A stretch of 38,920 bases of DNA from assembly GCA_051117555.1 (NCBI GenBank), contig JBNPEG010000220.1, positions 1 through 38,920 of the forward strand. The letters are read 5' to 3'. A program made the translations under genes and the position numbers. Position 1 is the first letter of the stretch; the number at the start of each line of letters is the position of its first letter. The notes under the pieces are model-generated. The model had not been told where the DNA came from. It did not search any database and worked only from the letters and a program-made list of their open reading frames with translations. Origin of the DNA: Elainellaceae cyanobacterium. GTDB taxonomy: Bacteria > Cyanobacteriota > Cyanobacteriia > CAZCXK01. Positions 1 through 9,695 of this stretch are shown here, piece after piece.

Positions 1-519
1 ACCTATTGGCGTGTGCCGCTGTTTAACACACCAGATAATATCAATCACCTTCGTCAAGCTATCCATAAAACAAAAAGCGAAGCTCCTTTCCAGATTGTTG
101 CCGCAGTCGTTCTTCCTGATCATCTTCACTTTATCTGGACACTGCCCCCCGATGAGAGCAACTATTCCAAACGAGTCGGACGCATCAAGGTTTTGTTCAC
201 TCAAGCTTGAAGAGGTCGTAACACTCAGCCCGAAGCGCTTTCCCTTTCACGTCGTAAGCACCGAGAAAGTGACATCTGGCAACGGCGATTTTGGTAGCAT
301 ACTCTTCGCAGCGAAATCGAACTCTCTCGCTATCTCGATTATGTTCATTACAACCCAGTCAAGCATGGTTTGGTGAGCTGTCCTCACCAGTGGCCTTTTT
401 CGAGCTTTCATAAGTTAGCTTGGGAAGGCGTTTATCCGCAAGATTGGGCTTGTCAATGAAATGGAGCTAAAGTCGATTTGGGACAATGCTTTGACGTAAA
501 TTTATGTACTGGAGAATAG
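1..519 (+). pseudogene. REP-associated tyrosine (RAYT / IS200-like Y1 HUH) transposase pseudogene, 5' end outside the window
   Basis: Frame +1 reads ...VVLPDHLHFIWTLP...WQRRFW*H...YLDYVHYNPVKHGLV...WPFSSF...GE*, containing the HUH motif and catalytic-Tyr motif (YxxxNPVKHG). In-frame stops at 208-210 (TGA), 295-297 (TAG in the FWEH motif) and 457-459 (TGA); probable natural stop at 517-519. Confidence 0.9.
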
Positions 520-535
520 CGGATAGTTATGATGC

Positions 536-555
536 GTGGGCAGTGCCCACCCTAC
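536..555 (-). repeat. GTAG-type REP element adjacent to the RAYT gene
   Basis: Minus strand reads GTAGG-GTGGGCA-C-TGCCCAC: a GTAG foot followed by a 7-bp perfect palindrome, 16 nt downstream of the RAYT stop. Confidence 0.8.
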
Positions 556-836
556 GCTTGGGACTCCAGCGGTTAACTCGTTTGAAGACGCTATTCCAAT
601 TCCCGTAACGGCCCAGTAGTTCGCGCCATTGAGCCCCCGTCTTGTCTATCCACAGAACGGCCTCGACAAAGCAGCGACAGTTGGCTTCCTGGCCAACATA
701 GACACCGGGCATGGAGCGCAGTTGTGTGACTACTCGCTGCCAGTGTTGCTCACGCAGTTCAGCAGAGGGCATTGTTCCATTCACCATGTCTTCAGTTGCA
801 AACTATCGGAGCGACGTTCAAAATGTCAACACAACC
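556..836 (-). mobile_element. IS5-family insertion sequence remnant (left end plus N-terminal transposase domain)
   Basis: ORF 527-787 contains RCFVEAVLWIDKTGAQWRELLGRYGNWNSVFKRVNRWS, typical of the N-terminal domain of IS5-family transposases, with no DDE domain. Putative terminal inverted repeat GGTTGTGTTGACA at 836-824 is preceded by TA. Confidence 0.75.
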
Positions 837-3439
837 TAATCTAGAGTGGTCAGCAGACTGCGAATTTTGCGTCGCTGCCGCCAATCAAGATGTTTCGGAA
901 AGCTTAGCTCAACGGCGATCGCATTTTTAGTCATCCCTGCCATCGGATAAAAGCTTTCCGTATTCACTTCAATTGTGTATGATTCAACATCTTGTACTTC
1001 TGCGATCACCCGTTTGAGGTTTGTTTCGCTTCCATCCGGGCTGATCAGCAACCCGACTGGGGGCTTAGTGCGACGCAGCATTTCAAAATCAGGGAGCGAG
1101 AAATTTTCTAGCTCTAATCGCGCCGAACGAGAATTCATTTCAAGGATCGTACCCGAATAGAAATTTCCGCCCCAATAGAGCTGTGCAACCGCTTGCACCT
1201 GCTTCCGAACGGTCACCGTCTGAGCGGGAAGCGGATCGCGGAATGCCCGAGTTAGGCTACTCGCTAAAAATCGCAGTGAAAAGAAAGGCTGATCGACTTC
1301 GGTGCGGATTTGCGAATACCATTCCTCCACATCCGAGTAAAGGACTAAGACCAGCGCATCATACTGAGCTTGAGTAACATCAATAAAATTCACCGTTATA
1401 TCAACTTCATTCTCCCCCATTGGCTGCACGCGAATGATGCAGGCATCTACGAAGGCTCGCACCCCAAAGTCTCCGATGAGTTCTAGCTCAATCACATCCG
1501 GCAAATTCGGCCAGCTTTCTAGCCGAATGCGAGCGCCATTCTCACTCACATCAACCGTTCGCCCCTCCCAGTTGCCCCCGTTTGCGCCATAGATAATTGT
1601 TGACAATTTGCGATTGAGGCGGTGAGCCTGCCGCATTTGAGGCTGTTCGAGCGCTACGAGTAGAGCAGCGCCCAATAGCACCAAATTAAAAATACTCCAA
1701 GACGCGTTGATTACAACGGCTTCAGCGACTTCAGGGCGAAAAACCAGCCAAAACGGAACCGCAATCAAGGAGAGCAACAACACCGATACCGCAATCAATG
1801 TAACTCGTGCCGATTCAACATCAAAGCTGCGCTTGGTCACTGAAACGCCTTTATCCGTTACGTTAAAAGAACCCAGTCTAGGGTTGATCAGGGCCATCAA
1901 CGTGACGATGCCATCTTGAAACGCCATTGCATACTCAAAAATTTCATTCCAAAAAGAGAACCGAACGGTTTTCTGAGTGATGTAGTTGGCATTCATAGCC
2001 AAGACGATATGAGGCAGTGCATAGGCTAGGGTTTCCACGCCCAATCCTCGAATCAAGTTGATGCCAAACAGTAAATACAACGCCGGAGCGATGGCATACA
2101 TGAGTCGAGGAAAACCGAAGAAAAAGTGCGACGTTGCCGATAGGTAGCACAACCGTTGGGGCAAGGAGAGCTTCAGCTTCCGATTAAAGAGAGGATTCTC
2201 AAGTCGCAAGATTTGTGCCATCCCTCTTGCCCAGCGCACCTGCTGCCCAACGTAGGACGAAAATTTCTCAGGAGCTAATCCAGCGACCATGATCTTGTCG
2301 TAGTAGACCGATTCGTAGCCCAATGAGTGGAGTCGAAGTGCTGTATGACAATCTTCTGTCACCGTTTCGATAGCAATTCCTCCAACTTCGAGCACATGAT
2401 TTCGGCGAACGACTGCCGCTGATCCACAAAAAAATGCAGCATTCCAGAAATCGTTGCCCTTTTGAACGACTCTATAAAATAGCTCGTTATTGACCGGGAC
2501 TCGACCTTGAGTGATTAGGTTGCGCTCAAACGGATCTGGATTATAGAACCAGTGCGGTGTTTGCACGAGAGCCGTTTTCGGTTGATAGAAAAAGCCGACC
2601 GTATGCTTTAAGAACTGCTTGGTTGGAATGTGATCGCAGTCCAAAATCAACACCAAATCGCCCCGGGTGCGGTGCAGCGCCGTGTTGATATTGCCTGCTT
2701 TGGCGTGGTCGTTATTGTCGCGAGTGAGCAAGATGCATCCTAATTCATTGCACATGGCCTGCAATTGGGCACGGCGCTCTGGATATTTGCGACCATCATC
2801 GAGGACATAAACCTGTTTTTTGCTATCGGGATAGTCGATCGCCATTGCGGCTAGAGCTGTTTTGCGCACGATTTCTACATCCTCGCTATAGGTGGGGATA
2901 TAAACATCGACGCTAAACCATTGATCCTGAGGAATATGAGAAAAATCAACGGGCTGGCGATCTTTGAGCTTGAGCGTCTGAAAGTAGGAAAGTAAGAGGG
3001 TGGCGATCGCAAACAGCTCAGCCGCAAACAGCATGACGCTAAAGATACCGTTTGTCCAGGTTTCTAGATTGAGCGTATAGGTGGTGCGGTAATAGAGATA
3101 GCGCAGCGTGGTGACAATGCTCAGCCACGCCAAAAACAGATGCAAATATTCGCTTGCTTTCTGATGCGTCTGCCACTGTTCGAGTCGAATGACCAGCCAG
3201 CCAATCAGAATCAGAACTACTGCTATAACGGCTTGTTGCCAGACTCGAATTGGCGTGATGATTAGCGGCAATGAAAGACATAGCAACGCCACCACGAGCC
3301 AAAAGAGGGGCCATTTGCCTACAGGCAACAGGCGATCAAACCAGTCTGGCAAGTTCAATAGCCAGCCAGCCAGCCCAGACTGACGGTCAGGCTGAGGGCT
3401 TGGATCATGACGAGAGCGTAGCTGCGATGAACTGGTCAT
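836..3439 (-). CDS. bcsA: Cellulose synthase catalytic subunit (GT2) with PilZ domain and a second degenerate PilZ-like domain
   Basis: 867 aa. N-terminal TM helices; DDG, HAKAGN, DCD, QTPH, FFCGS, TED and QVRW (QxxRW) motifs; PilZ motifs RQAHR (RxxxR) and DVSENG (DxSxxG). The ATG overlaps the bcsB stop (TAATG). Confidence 0.95.
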   Translation of the reverse strand: MTSSSQLRSRHDPSPQPDRQSGLAGWLLNLPDWFDRLLPVGKWPLFWLVVALLCLSLPLIITPIRVWQQAVIAVVLILIGWLVIRLEQWQTHQKASEYLHLFLAWLSIVTTLRYLYYRTTYTLNLETWTNGIFSVMLFAAELFAIATLLLSYFQTLKLKDRQPVDFSHIPQDQWFSVDVYIPTYSEDVEIVRKTALAAMAIDYPDSKKQVYVLDDGRKYPERRAQLQAMCNELGCILLTRDNNDHAKAGNINTALHRTRGDLVLILDCDHIPTKQFLKHTVGFFYQPKTALVQTPHWFYNPDPFERNLITQGRVPVNNELFYRVVQKGNDFWNAAFFCGSAAVVRRNHVLEVGGIAIETVTEDCHTALRLHSLGYESVYYDKIMVAGLAPEKFSSYVGQQVRWARGMAQILRLENPLFNRKLKLSLPQRLCYLSATSHFFFGFPRLMYAIAPALYLLFGINLIRGLGVETLAYALPHIVLAMNANYITQKTVRFSFWNEIFEYAMAFQDGIVTLMALINPRLGSFNVTDKGVSVTKRSFDVESARVTLIAVSVLLLSLIAVPFWLVFRPEVAEAVVINASWSIFNLVLLGAALLVALEQPQMRQAHRLNRKLSTIIYGANGGNWEGRTVDVSENGARIRLESWPNLPDVIELELIGDFGVRAFVDACIIRVQPMGENEVDITVNFIDVTQAQYDALVLVLYSDVEEWYSQIRTEVDQPFFSLRFLASSLTRAFRDPLPAQTVTVRKQVQAVAQLYWGGNFYSGTILEMNSRSARLELENFSLPDFEMLRRTKPPVGLLISPDGSETNLKRVIAEVQDVESYTIEVNTESFYPMAGMTKNAIAVELSFPKHLDWRQRRKIRSLLTTLD

Positions 3440-6021
3440 TAGGCTCCCTCCGACTTGCTAATGCGGTTTAGGTAGAGTTGGGAAATGCTGTAGAGCAACA
3501 GGGCAAGAATCACGATACCCGTCGGCAGCATAAACCAATAATCTTGCAAGAATAAGGAAATGCGGCTGAGAGAGTCGAGATGCTCGATGCGCCGCTGTTG
3601 GGCTTCTTGAAGCACGGTTAAGGAATATCCGCGCGAGTCGTATGGAGACGGATTATCGGTATTGCTGCTGATGATGATGGTGTCTCCCCGAAGCTGAGCA
3701 AACAGCGCGTCATCTTGAAACAGGCGTTGCACTTCGGTCAGGCCCTGATCGGTTTGAGCCGTCAGCGCCAAAATAATGCGATCGCGGTTTTGAGGCGACA
3801 GCACGCTTCTCACCACTCCTTCCGTATCCGGAAGCGCATGCACTTGGCTTCCCTTCCAAAAGCGGGTAAACCCCTCTTGAAGGCTAAAGTTCTCAGTCTG
3901 AAGCACATTCTGCAGCGGGAAGCGATCGCGCCGACCAATCGCCACCAGATGCCGTTCTTCTCGAACCTCACCGGGGACTGCTCCAGAGCGATAGACATTG
4001 AGCTTCACCGAGTCGGCTTTGCTCACCTGTCCGAGGCGCTGTGTGATGGCTAATAAGCTTTCAATATCAGCCTCAGTCGGGGCATCTGGCATCACCACAC
4101 CTGCGGCAGAAAGATCTTGGGGTGCAGTGAGCGGATAGCCCGTCTTCAGCAATTCCAGATCAGGCAGCCTAACAACAGTGCCCCGCTTCAGGTCAAAGCT
4201 GGTATCACCATAAACTCGTCCCCAGAGCTGTTCATCAGTTGTCAAGCCGCAAAATTCTGATTCTCGCGGGTTGAGAATAAACCGAATGCTCAAGATCGAA
4301 TCGGGTTTGATCAAGTTGTCAGGCAAATTGACCTTAAAGGTTTTCTTGGCATCCGCATTGCGGTTTGAGAGCCGCTTTGAGCCAATGGCAACGTTGTCAA
4401 GCAGTACCTCAACCGTCGAGGTTCGCGGATTCACCTGCGGGCTGTGGCTATAGTGCAGCGTCATGGTGCTGCCCCGCGAGAAGCGATCATCGGGCAGAGC
4501 GTGGAAATTGACCTGAACGGGGGGCGCTTCTGCTCCGTGGACGGTGACTTCCCGGAAGGGTTGCCCTCCTGGCACCGTCAGATCGTCAAGCTGAAACGAG
4601 TTCACCGTCGGCAAATAGCCAGGCCAATCGCGAGGATCGGGCGACGGCACGTCCGACACGCGGTCGATGATGGCAGCTTGACCCGCAACGATATCGCGAT
4701 CGCCCGGTTGCACCAGATCTTGAGCCGCTTTGGCGACCCCCAACGGCGCGTTGCCGCTAATGACCAACACGGGCACGCTTCCGTCTTCTACCGTCGTCAG
4801 CATGAGCACGCCCACCTCGCCCGGTAGCGGCTGATTATCGCCATCGAGAATCTGACCATTTTCGACCGTGAATGGAAGCTCAAGCTCACCAAGCAGGGGT
4901 TGCTCTCTAGGAGTGCCGATGATCACCAGGCGATCGCCCCACGACAAGTCATCAATATCGTCGACGACTTGAGTTTCTAGCTTCTGGAACTCGGTAATTC
5001 GTCCGATAGAGGTTTGAAACCGCGCCAGAGACGTGAGCCACTCCTCACTCGTACTATTGGGATTTAGATAGGAAAGGCGATTGGGATCAAGGCTGAGGGC
5101 GTCAATGAATGGATAGGGATAGAGGCTAAGATCAAGCGCGATTGGCTGGGGCTGAAACTCAAAGAGAAGTTTGGAATCCGGGAGAATCTCAGTCCATAGG
5201 GACGGATCAGCTGGATTGGTGCAGGTTTCAGAGGTGTGCTGCTCAGCCACCATCGAAAGTTCGTTATAGTCTTGGATTAAGCTGACCGGAATATCAAATA
5301 CTGCCTCGCCAATCTCTGAGGTAGGGCGATCGAGAGAAATGCTGCCCACGCTGGTGTTATTGAGCCGCAGCGTCAAGAAAGAGCGCTGAGACAACAACGA
5401 TGGAGAATGCTGATAGCGGAGGAGCGCTTTTGCGGATGCAACCTTCCACTCTCGTGGACGAGTAAATCCTAACCGCGATTCTGGATAGACGCCTTCCATG
5501 CGCAGGCGATTGCCCACAACGGGGCTGCGATTAAACGCTAGGACATACTCGTAGGTCGGGAGAGAATCGTCAATCTCTGACTCAGTGCCTTCATTGTCTG
5601 CGGTCGTGTCTGGCTCAGAGTCTGGCTCAGAGTCTGGCTCAGATGCAGACTCTGACGCAGGCGTATTATCTGGACTTGGAGACGGAGAGGTCGCCGGAGG
5701 TGAGGCAGGAGCTGTGCGCGATCGCGGCGCCGGACTCGGACTCGGACGATACACAGGTGGCGGAGACGACGGTCGCGGTAAGGTAAATTCCCGAATCAGT
5801 TCATTTTCTTCCTGTCGGAGGCTGTCGTCGCTCTGAGCCAATCCTGTAATGGGCACGAGGCTGAGCGTGATTCCGACACACACACATAGGAATAAAATCA
5901 AGCTATAGCGTCGCCACGCGTTAAACCGATGAAGGCGTTGGTGATGCTGTTGGCGCGATAAAGAACCGGCATTGGGAGAACCGGATAGCGTTGAAAGCCA
6001 ATGACGCAAAAGACGAATCAT
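3439..6021 (-). CDS. bcsB: Cellulose synthase periplasmic co-polymerase subunit BcsB
   Basis: 860 aa. Signal-like hydrophobic segment, Pro/Ser/acidic linker, duplicated jelly-roll/flavodoxin-like pattern (YQHSPSLL..SFLTLRLN / YSHSPQV..STVEVLLD), CTNPADPSLWTEI motif, LSLYPYPF motif and C-terminal TM anchor. Lies directly upstream of bcsA. Confidence 0.9.
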   Translation of the reverse strand: MIRLLRHWLSTLSGSPNAGSLSRQQHHQRLHRFNAWRRYSLILFLCVCVGITLSLVPITGLAQSDDSLRQEENELIREFTLPRPSSPPPVYRPSPSPAPRSRTAPASPPATSPSPSPDNTPASESASEPDSEPDSEPDTTADNEGTESEIDDSLPTYEYVLAFNRSPVVGNRLRMEGVYPESRLGFTRPREWKVASAKALLRYQHSPSLLSQRSFLTLRLNNTSVGSISLDRPTSEIGEAVFDIPVSLIQDYNELSMVAEQHTSETCTNPADPSLWTEILPDSKLLFEFQPQPIALDLSLYPYPFIDALSLDPNRLSYLNPNSTSEEWLTSLARFQTSIGRITEFQKLETQVVDDIDDLSWGDRLVIIGTPREQPLLGELELPFTVENGQILDGDNQPLPGEVGVLMLTTVEDGSVPVLVISGNAPLGVAKAAQDLVQPGDRDIVAGQAAIIDRVSDVPSPDPRDWPGYLPTVNSFQLDDLTVPGGQPFREVTVHGAEAPPVQVNFHALPDDRFSRGSTMTLHYSHSPQVNPRTSTVEVLLDNVAIGSKRLSNRNADAKKTFKVNLPDNLIKPDSILSIRFILNPRESEFCGLTTDEQLWGRVYGDTSFDLKRGTVVRLPDLELLKTGYPLTAPQDLSAAGVVMPDAPTEADIESLLAITQRLGQVSKADSVKLNVYRSGAVPGEVREERHLVAIGRRDRFPLQNVLQTENFSLQEGFTRFWKGSQVHALPDTEGVVRSVLSPQNRDRIILALTAQTDQGLTEVQRLFQDDALFAQLRGDTIIISSNTDNPSPYDSRGYSLTVLQEAQQRRIEHLDSLSRISLFLQDYWFMLPTGIVILALLLYSISQLYLNRISKSEGA
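5608..5643. repeat. 3 x 12-bp perfect tandem repeat (GTCTGGCTCAGA) encoding (SEPD)3 in the BcsB linker
   Basis: Units at 5608-5619, 5620-5631 and 5632-5643. Confidence 0.9.
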
Positions 6022-6067
6022 AGACTGTTTTTATAAGGGGGTCTCAAATCGGGGCAAAAGACAGACA

Positions 6068-7318
6068 TTACGGACTGAGCCAGGTCGATGTAACCCGGTT
6101 TGGCGAATAAATTCCAAACCAGCTCAGGTTATGGGTGTAGTAAGCAGAATCGTTGTCCCAAAAGCCGTCGCGATAGGCGGGTAGAAGCTTCTGAGTGCGA
6201 ATTTGATCGGCGATCGCCGGATCAGTCACCCTGAATGCGGCGTAGAGCATCCCATATTGTGCCGTCGATTCATACTCGACAAGCGGACTACCTTGTAAAT
6301 CAAGGCGGGCTGGAATCATCTGCTGCGATCGCCATTCGGTTTCGAGAAAGTCGAGGTGCGATCGCAGGTAATCGATGGCGCGAGGCTCGTCAAACCAGGC
6401 CGCATCGAGAGCGACTCGCCACCAGACCCGATAGGCATCGAAGCTATAGATGCTTTGCAATCGAGATTCCTCAATTGGATAGAATGCTTGAGTTGTCGTG
6501 TCAAAGGCAACCCAGTCACTCGGCAACCCCACGGAAGAGAGTTGCGATGACGCGTTTAGAATCTCGTAGCTGCTATCCACTAGGCTGAGCCAGTCTCGCT
6601 CATCGACCTGAGCAAATAATCGAAACGCATAGGGCGCTAAGTAGGACGGGTTGAGGTAGAGCACATCGGATCGGGGCTGAAAGGCAGAGGCAGGGCCGGG
6701 AAGCAAATAGCGGGTTGCTCCTTCAGATGACTCGGCACTGAGGACTTCAACGGTGGACAAATCCCAAATATCTTGAAGCTTGACCTGCGCCAGTTCGAGG
6801 TAGTCAGGACGGTCCCAGCGACGCGCCGCAAAAATCAGGGCGGTCACAGCATCGATGTCGGCATCACTGGCAAAATTTTCATCGAGCGTGCCCCAGGTTC
6901 CCTGCTCGTCTTCTCCCCATTTCCAAGCCCAGAGCATGTCCGCGCGATCGCCCTCTGGCGTTTGCCGTGCCAGATTTTTTTCAGCCCAGCGGAGCGTCAA
7001 ATCAAAGGTATCTGGATCGTCAATCATCACCGCCCGCAGCATGGCGTAGGCTTGCCCTTCGGAGACGGTGCGATCTTGATCCTCTCGATCAATCACGCGT
7101 CCATCGGTTTGAATGAATTGCTGTTTATAAGCCTCCCAGCTTTGTTGGAGCAGTTCGTCGTCGGTGAGCTGATTTGCTGCGGTGAGTGATCCGGTTACAG
7201 CAGATGAGGGAGAGGGCTGATCGGCACTCAAGGGATTTGAAGGAACGCAGCCCTGTAGCGCCAGCCCTGCCAGCACTATCGGAACCATAAGTCTGTTCAG
7301 CCAATTGGAGTGTGTCAT
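6068..7318 (-). CDS. bcsZ: GH8 endo-1,4-beta-glucanase, predicted lipoprotein (BcsZ-like)
   Basis: GH8 motifs TVSEGQAYAML, NFASDADID, LNPSY and FDAYRV. Start placed at ATG 7318 (MTHSNW) rather than 7468 because it follows AGGAAG, avoids overlap with the TPR gene and gives a lipobox (LALQGC). Confidence 0.9.
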   Translation of the reverse strand: MTHSNWLNRLMVPIVLAGLALQGCVPSNPLSADQPSPSSAVTGSLTAANQLTDDELLQQSWEAYKQQFIQTDGRVIDREDQDRTVSEGQAYAMLRAVMIDDPDTFDLTLRWAEKNLARQTPEGDRADMLWAWKWGEDEQGTWGTLDENFASDADIDAVTALIFAARRWDRPDYLELAQVKLQDIWDLSTVEVLSAESSEGATRYLLPGPASAFQPRSDVLYLNPSYLAPYAFRLFAQVDERDWLSLVDSSYEILNASSQLSSVGLPSDWVAFDTTTQAFYPIEESRLQSIYSFDAYRVWWRVALDAAWFDEPRAIDYLRSHLDFLETEWRSQQMIPARLDLQGSPLVEYESTAQYGMLYAAFRVTDPAIADQIRTQKLLPAYRDGFWDNDSAYYTHNLSWFGIYSPNRVTSTWLSP

Positions 7319-7340
7319 ATTGCTTCCTAGGCAGTCTGCC

Positions 7341-9695
7341 TTAATATCGCTCCCATGACGGCTGAAACCCTCTCTGCTGCAAGAATCCTTCTCGAATGCG
7401 CTGCATTTCACGGGCGATCGCCTCCGTGGATTGCCCTTGGGCAGCCAGTTCGATTTGCAGTTGCTCAAGCTGCTCTAGAGCCGTTAATCGCTGCCCCTGA
7501 GCAACCGTCAGCCCGGCGAGCGACGTCAGAGCGGCTCGATTAGTTGGATCGAGCGCCAGCGCTTCGTTATAGAGCCGCGCGGCATAATCATACCGTCGCT
7601 GCTGAAAACGCACGCCTCCCAGCGCTAACAACGCTCCGATGTCATTTGGCTGTTCACTCAAAATGGCTTCATACGCATCGACAGCGAGTTCAAAATCACC
7701 CAAGTCTTGCGCCAATTCTCCCTGCACAAAATACACGCTAAAATCATTCGGATTTTGAACAATCAGGCGTTCTAGCTGGGCTCGTGCCAGTTCAGGATTG
7801 CGATCGGCGATGACTTGCAATCGTCGTAGCTGAATTGGAATATTGCTGGGATCGGCATTCGCGAGGGCGATATAAAGGTCTTCTCGTTGCGGGTCTGCAG
7901 GAAGTGCGCCTGCAAGACTGTAGAGTTCCGGGGGAGCATTGGCGGGAGAATGAGTCGCCAACCAGCTATTGAGAATGGCATCTGCCTGAGCTTCGCTAAT
8001 TAATCCAGCTTGGTAGGCAAAACTGGCTCGACCGAGCTGCAATGCCTGATCTTGCGGATTCAGGGCAATGATTTGGTTATAGATGCTCAAGGCTTCATCA
8101 GACCGTCCCTGAGCCTGACGAATGCTAGCAAGCCCTTGGAGTGCGCTAATCACAAGGGGAGAATTGGATGGATTATTAGAAATCAAGCTTTGATAGCGCT
8201 GGGCGCTGGCTTCTAGATTGCCCTCCCGACGGTCGATTTCAGCCTGTAGCAAGACAGCAGTTGCCTGATCTTGAAAACTAGTTGCGCTAGATGCATACAC
8301 ATTCAGGGCATTCCGAGCCGCCGTTAGGTTGCCCTGACGAATATACATCTGGGCAATACGGAAATTGAGGAACGGTTCGTTGATGCCCGCATTGATTAAG
8401 GTTTGGTAAACGGGCAATAGCGACAGATCGGGCGGATCCAGGCGAATCAAGGCTTGGGCGATCGCCCGTCGCTCCGATGGATTCGTCGGCAGAGGCTGAA
8501 TCGCAGTCTGCAATCGCTGCTGAAGCTGACTGCTCGAAATCACCCCGAGCTGTCGCTCAAGGATGGCCTGCTGTACCTGTAGCCCTGCATCACTGGGATA
8601 CTGGGTCGTCAGTTGTCGATAGATTTCGAGAGCATACTGCTGTTCTGAGCGCAGAGGCATGCCGCTCAGGGCATCGGCAATTTCGCGCGCCAAGCCTGCC
8701 GTCAGGTTGGGGGCCTGGGTGACGACCTGGCGATAGAGATTAGCTGCTGATTGAAAGTAGGTCGCATTATTGCTGTAGCGTCCGATGTCATTATATGCGC
8801 GAGCCAGCACCATGCGAGAGTCTTGCCGACCTTGCAGGGGTGCCAAGACCTGGACGGCTTGGTTAAACTGTCCGTTTGCAGCATAGGACGATGCCAGTGC
8901 GCCGCGTAGATTAATCGCTGTACTGTCTAGCTCCCGCACGCGGCGCAGTTGGGCTTCGAGAAGCTGCACGGCTTGAGCGGCGCGTCCGGTTTCACGGAGG
9001 GCAAGAGCATAGGCGATCGCCTCGTTTGCGCCTAGAGTGCCGCCCGCCGCCTGATAGCGACCAAATAGCTCCAGTCCTTGCTGATAGTTACCGGAATAGG
9101 TGTAGGCTTGGGCAGCGCCAAGCACCACTGCCGGGGTTGGATTTCGCTGAAGCACAATCTCATAGTCTGCGATCGCCTCGCCAAACCGCCCTTGATAGAC
9201 ATAGAGCAGCGCCCGTTGGGCTCGTGCATCTAGGGCATTTGGATCGAGATTGAGCAGGCGGTTCAGGGCTTCGATGCCTTGGTCTTGCCATTCCGGACGA
9301 AAGCCGCCGAGTAGCCCCAGCGCACCCAGCGCTAGCTGATTATTGGGATCAATCTCGATAACGCGCTGATAAGCCCGAAACGCGTCTGCGTCTCGACCTG
9401 CCCGGCGATAGGCGATCGCCACCCCTAGCCAGCCTTCTAAGGAATTGGGATATTGCTGCAACGATTGCTCAAACCGAGCGATCGCCGCATTCACCTGACC
9501 TTGATTTAGAAACGTATAGGCTTGCCGAATCGAGAGTGGAACAGTCTGTGCAAGCACCGCCGATGCCGTTATCAGCGGCATTAGTGACACGAGTCCGGTC
9601 AGCAGGCCAAAACTGATTAGGTAGCTCCATCCTCGTGAGCAAGAGGAATGGGGTCGAAAGGCAGATTTCATAGTGGGTATAGCCTTCGAATGCAT
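7341..9695 (-). CDS. Exported multi-TPR protein (resembles the TPR scaffold half of BcsC)
   Basis: 784 aa. Signal peptide-like segment, then many TPR-like units (A..F..A...P / A...Y..AL..DP.N) to the C-terminus, with no beta-barrel. The ATG overlaps the upstream gene's TAA (TAATG). Confidence 0.85.
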   Translation of the reverse strand: MHSKAIPTMKSAFRPHSSCSRGWSYLISFGLLTGLVSLMPLITASAVLAQTVPLSIRQAYTFLNQGQVNAAIARFEQSLQQYPNSLEGWLGVAIAYRRAGRDADAFRAYQRVIEIDPNNQLALGALGLLGGFRPEWQDQGIEALNRLLNLDPNALDARAQRALLYVYQGRFGEAIADYEIVLQRNPTPAVVLGAAQAYTYSGNYQQGLELFGRYQAAGGTLGANEAIAYALALRETGRAAQAVQLLEAQLRRVRELDSTAINLRGALASSYAANGQFNQAVQVLAPLQGRQDSRMVLARAYNDIGRYSNNATYFQSAANLYRQVVTQAPNLTAGLAREIADALSGMPLRSEQQYALEIYRQLTTQYPSDAGLQVQQAILERQLGVISSSQLQQRLQTAIQPLPTNPSERRAIAQALIRLDPPDLSLLPVYQTLINAGINEPFLNFRIAQMYIRQGNLTAARNALNVYASSATSFQDQATAVLLQAEIDRREGNLEASAQRYQSLISNNPSNSPLVISALQGLASIRQAQGRSDEALSIYNQIIALNPQDQALQLGRASFAYQAGLISEAQADAILNSWLATHSPANAPPELYSLAGALPADPQREDLYIALANADPSNIPIQLRRLQVIADRNPELARAQLERLIVQNPNDFSVYFVQGELAQDLGDFELAVDAYEAILSEQPNDIGALLALGGVRFQQRRYDYAARLYNEALALDPTNRAALTSLAGLTVAQGQRLTALEQLEQLQIELAAQGQSTEAIAREMQRIREGFLQQRGFQPSWERY

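Noticed and set aside
1..519. Stop-codon recoding in the RAYT gene
   Set aside because: The stops are of mixed types and correspond to different expected residues; ordinary pseudogenisation is simpler.
7319..7468. Long N-terminal extension of the GH8 ORF
   Set aside because: It overlaps the TPR gene's 3' end; the ATG at 7318 has a purine-rich RBS and yields a lipoprotein signal.
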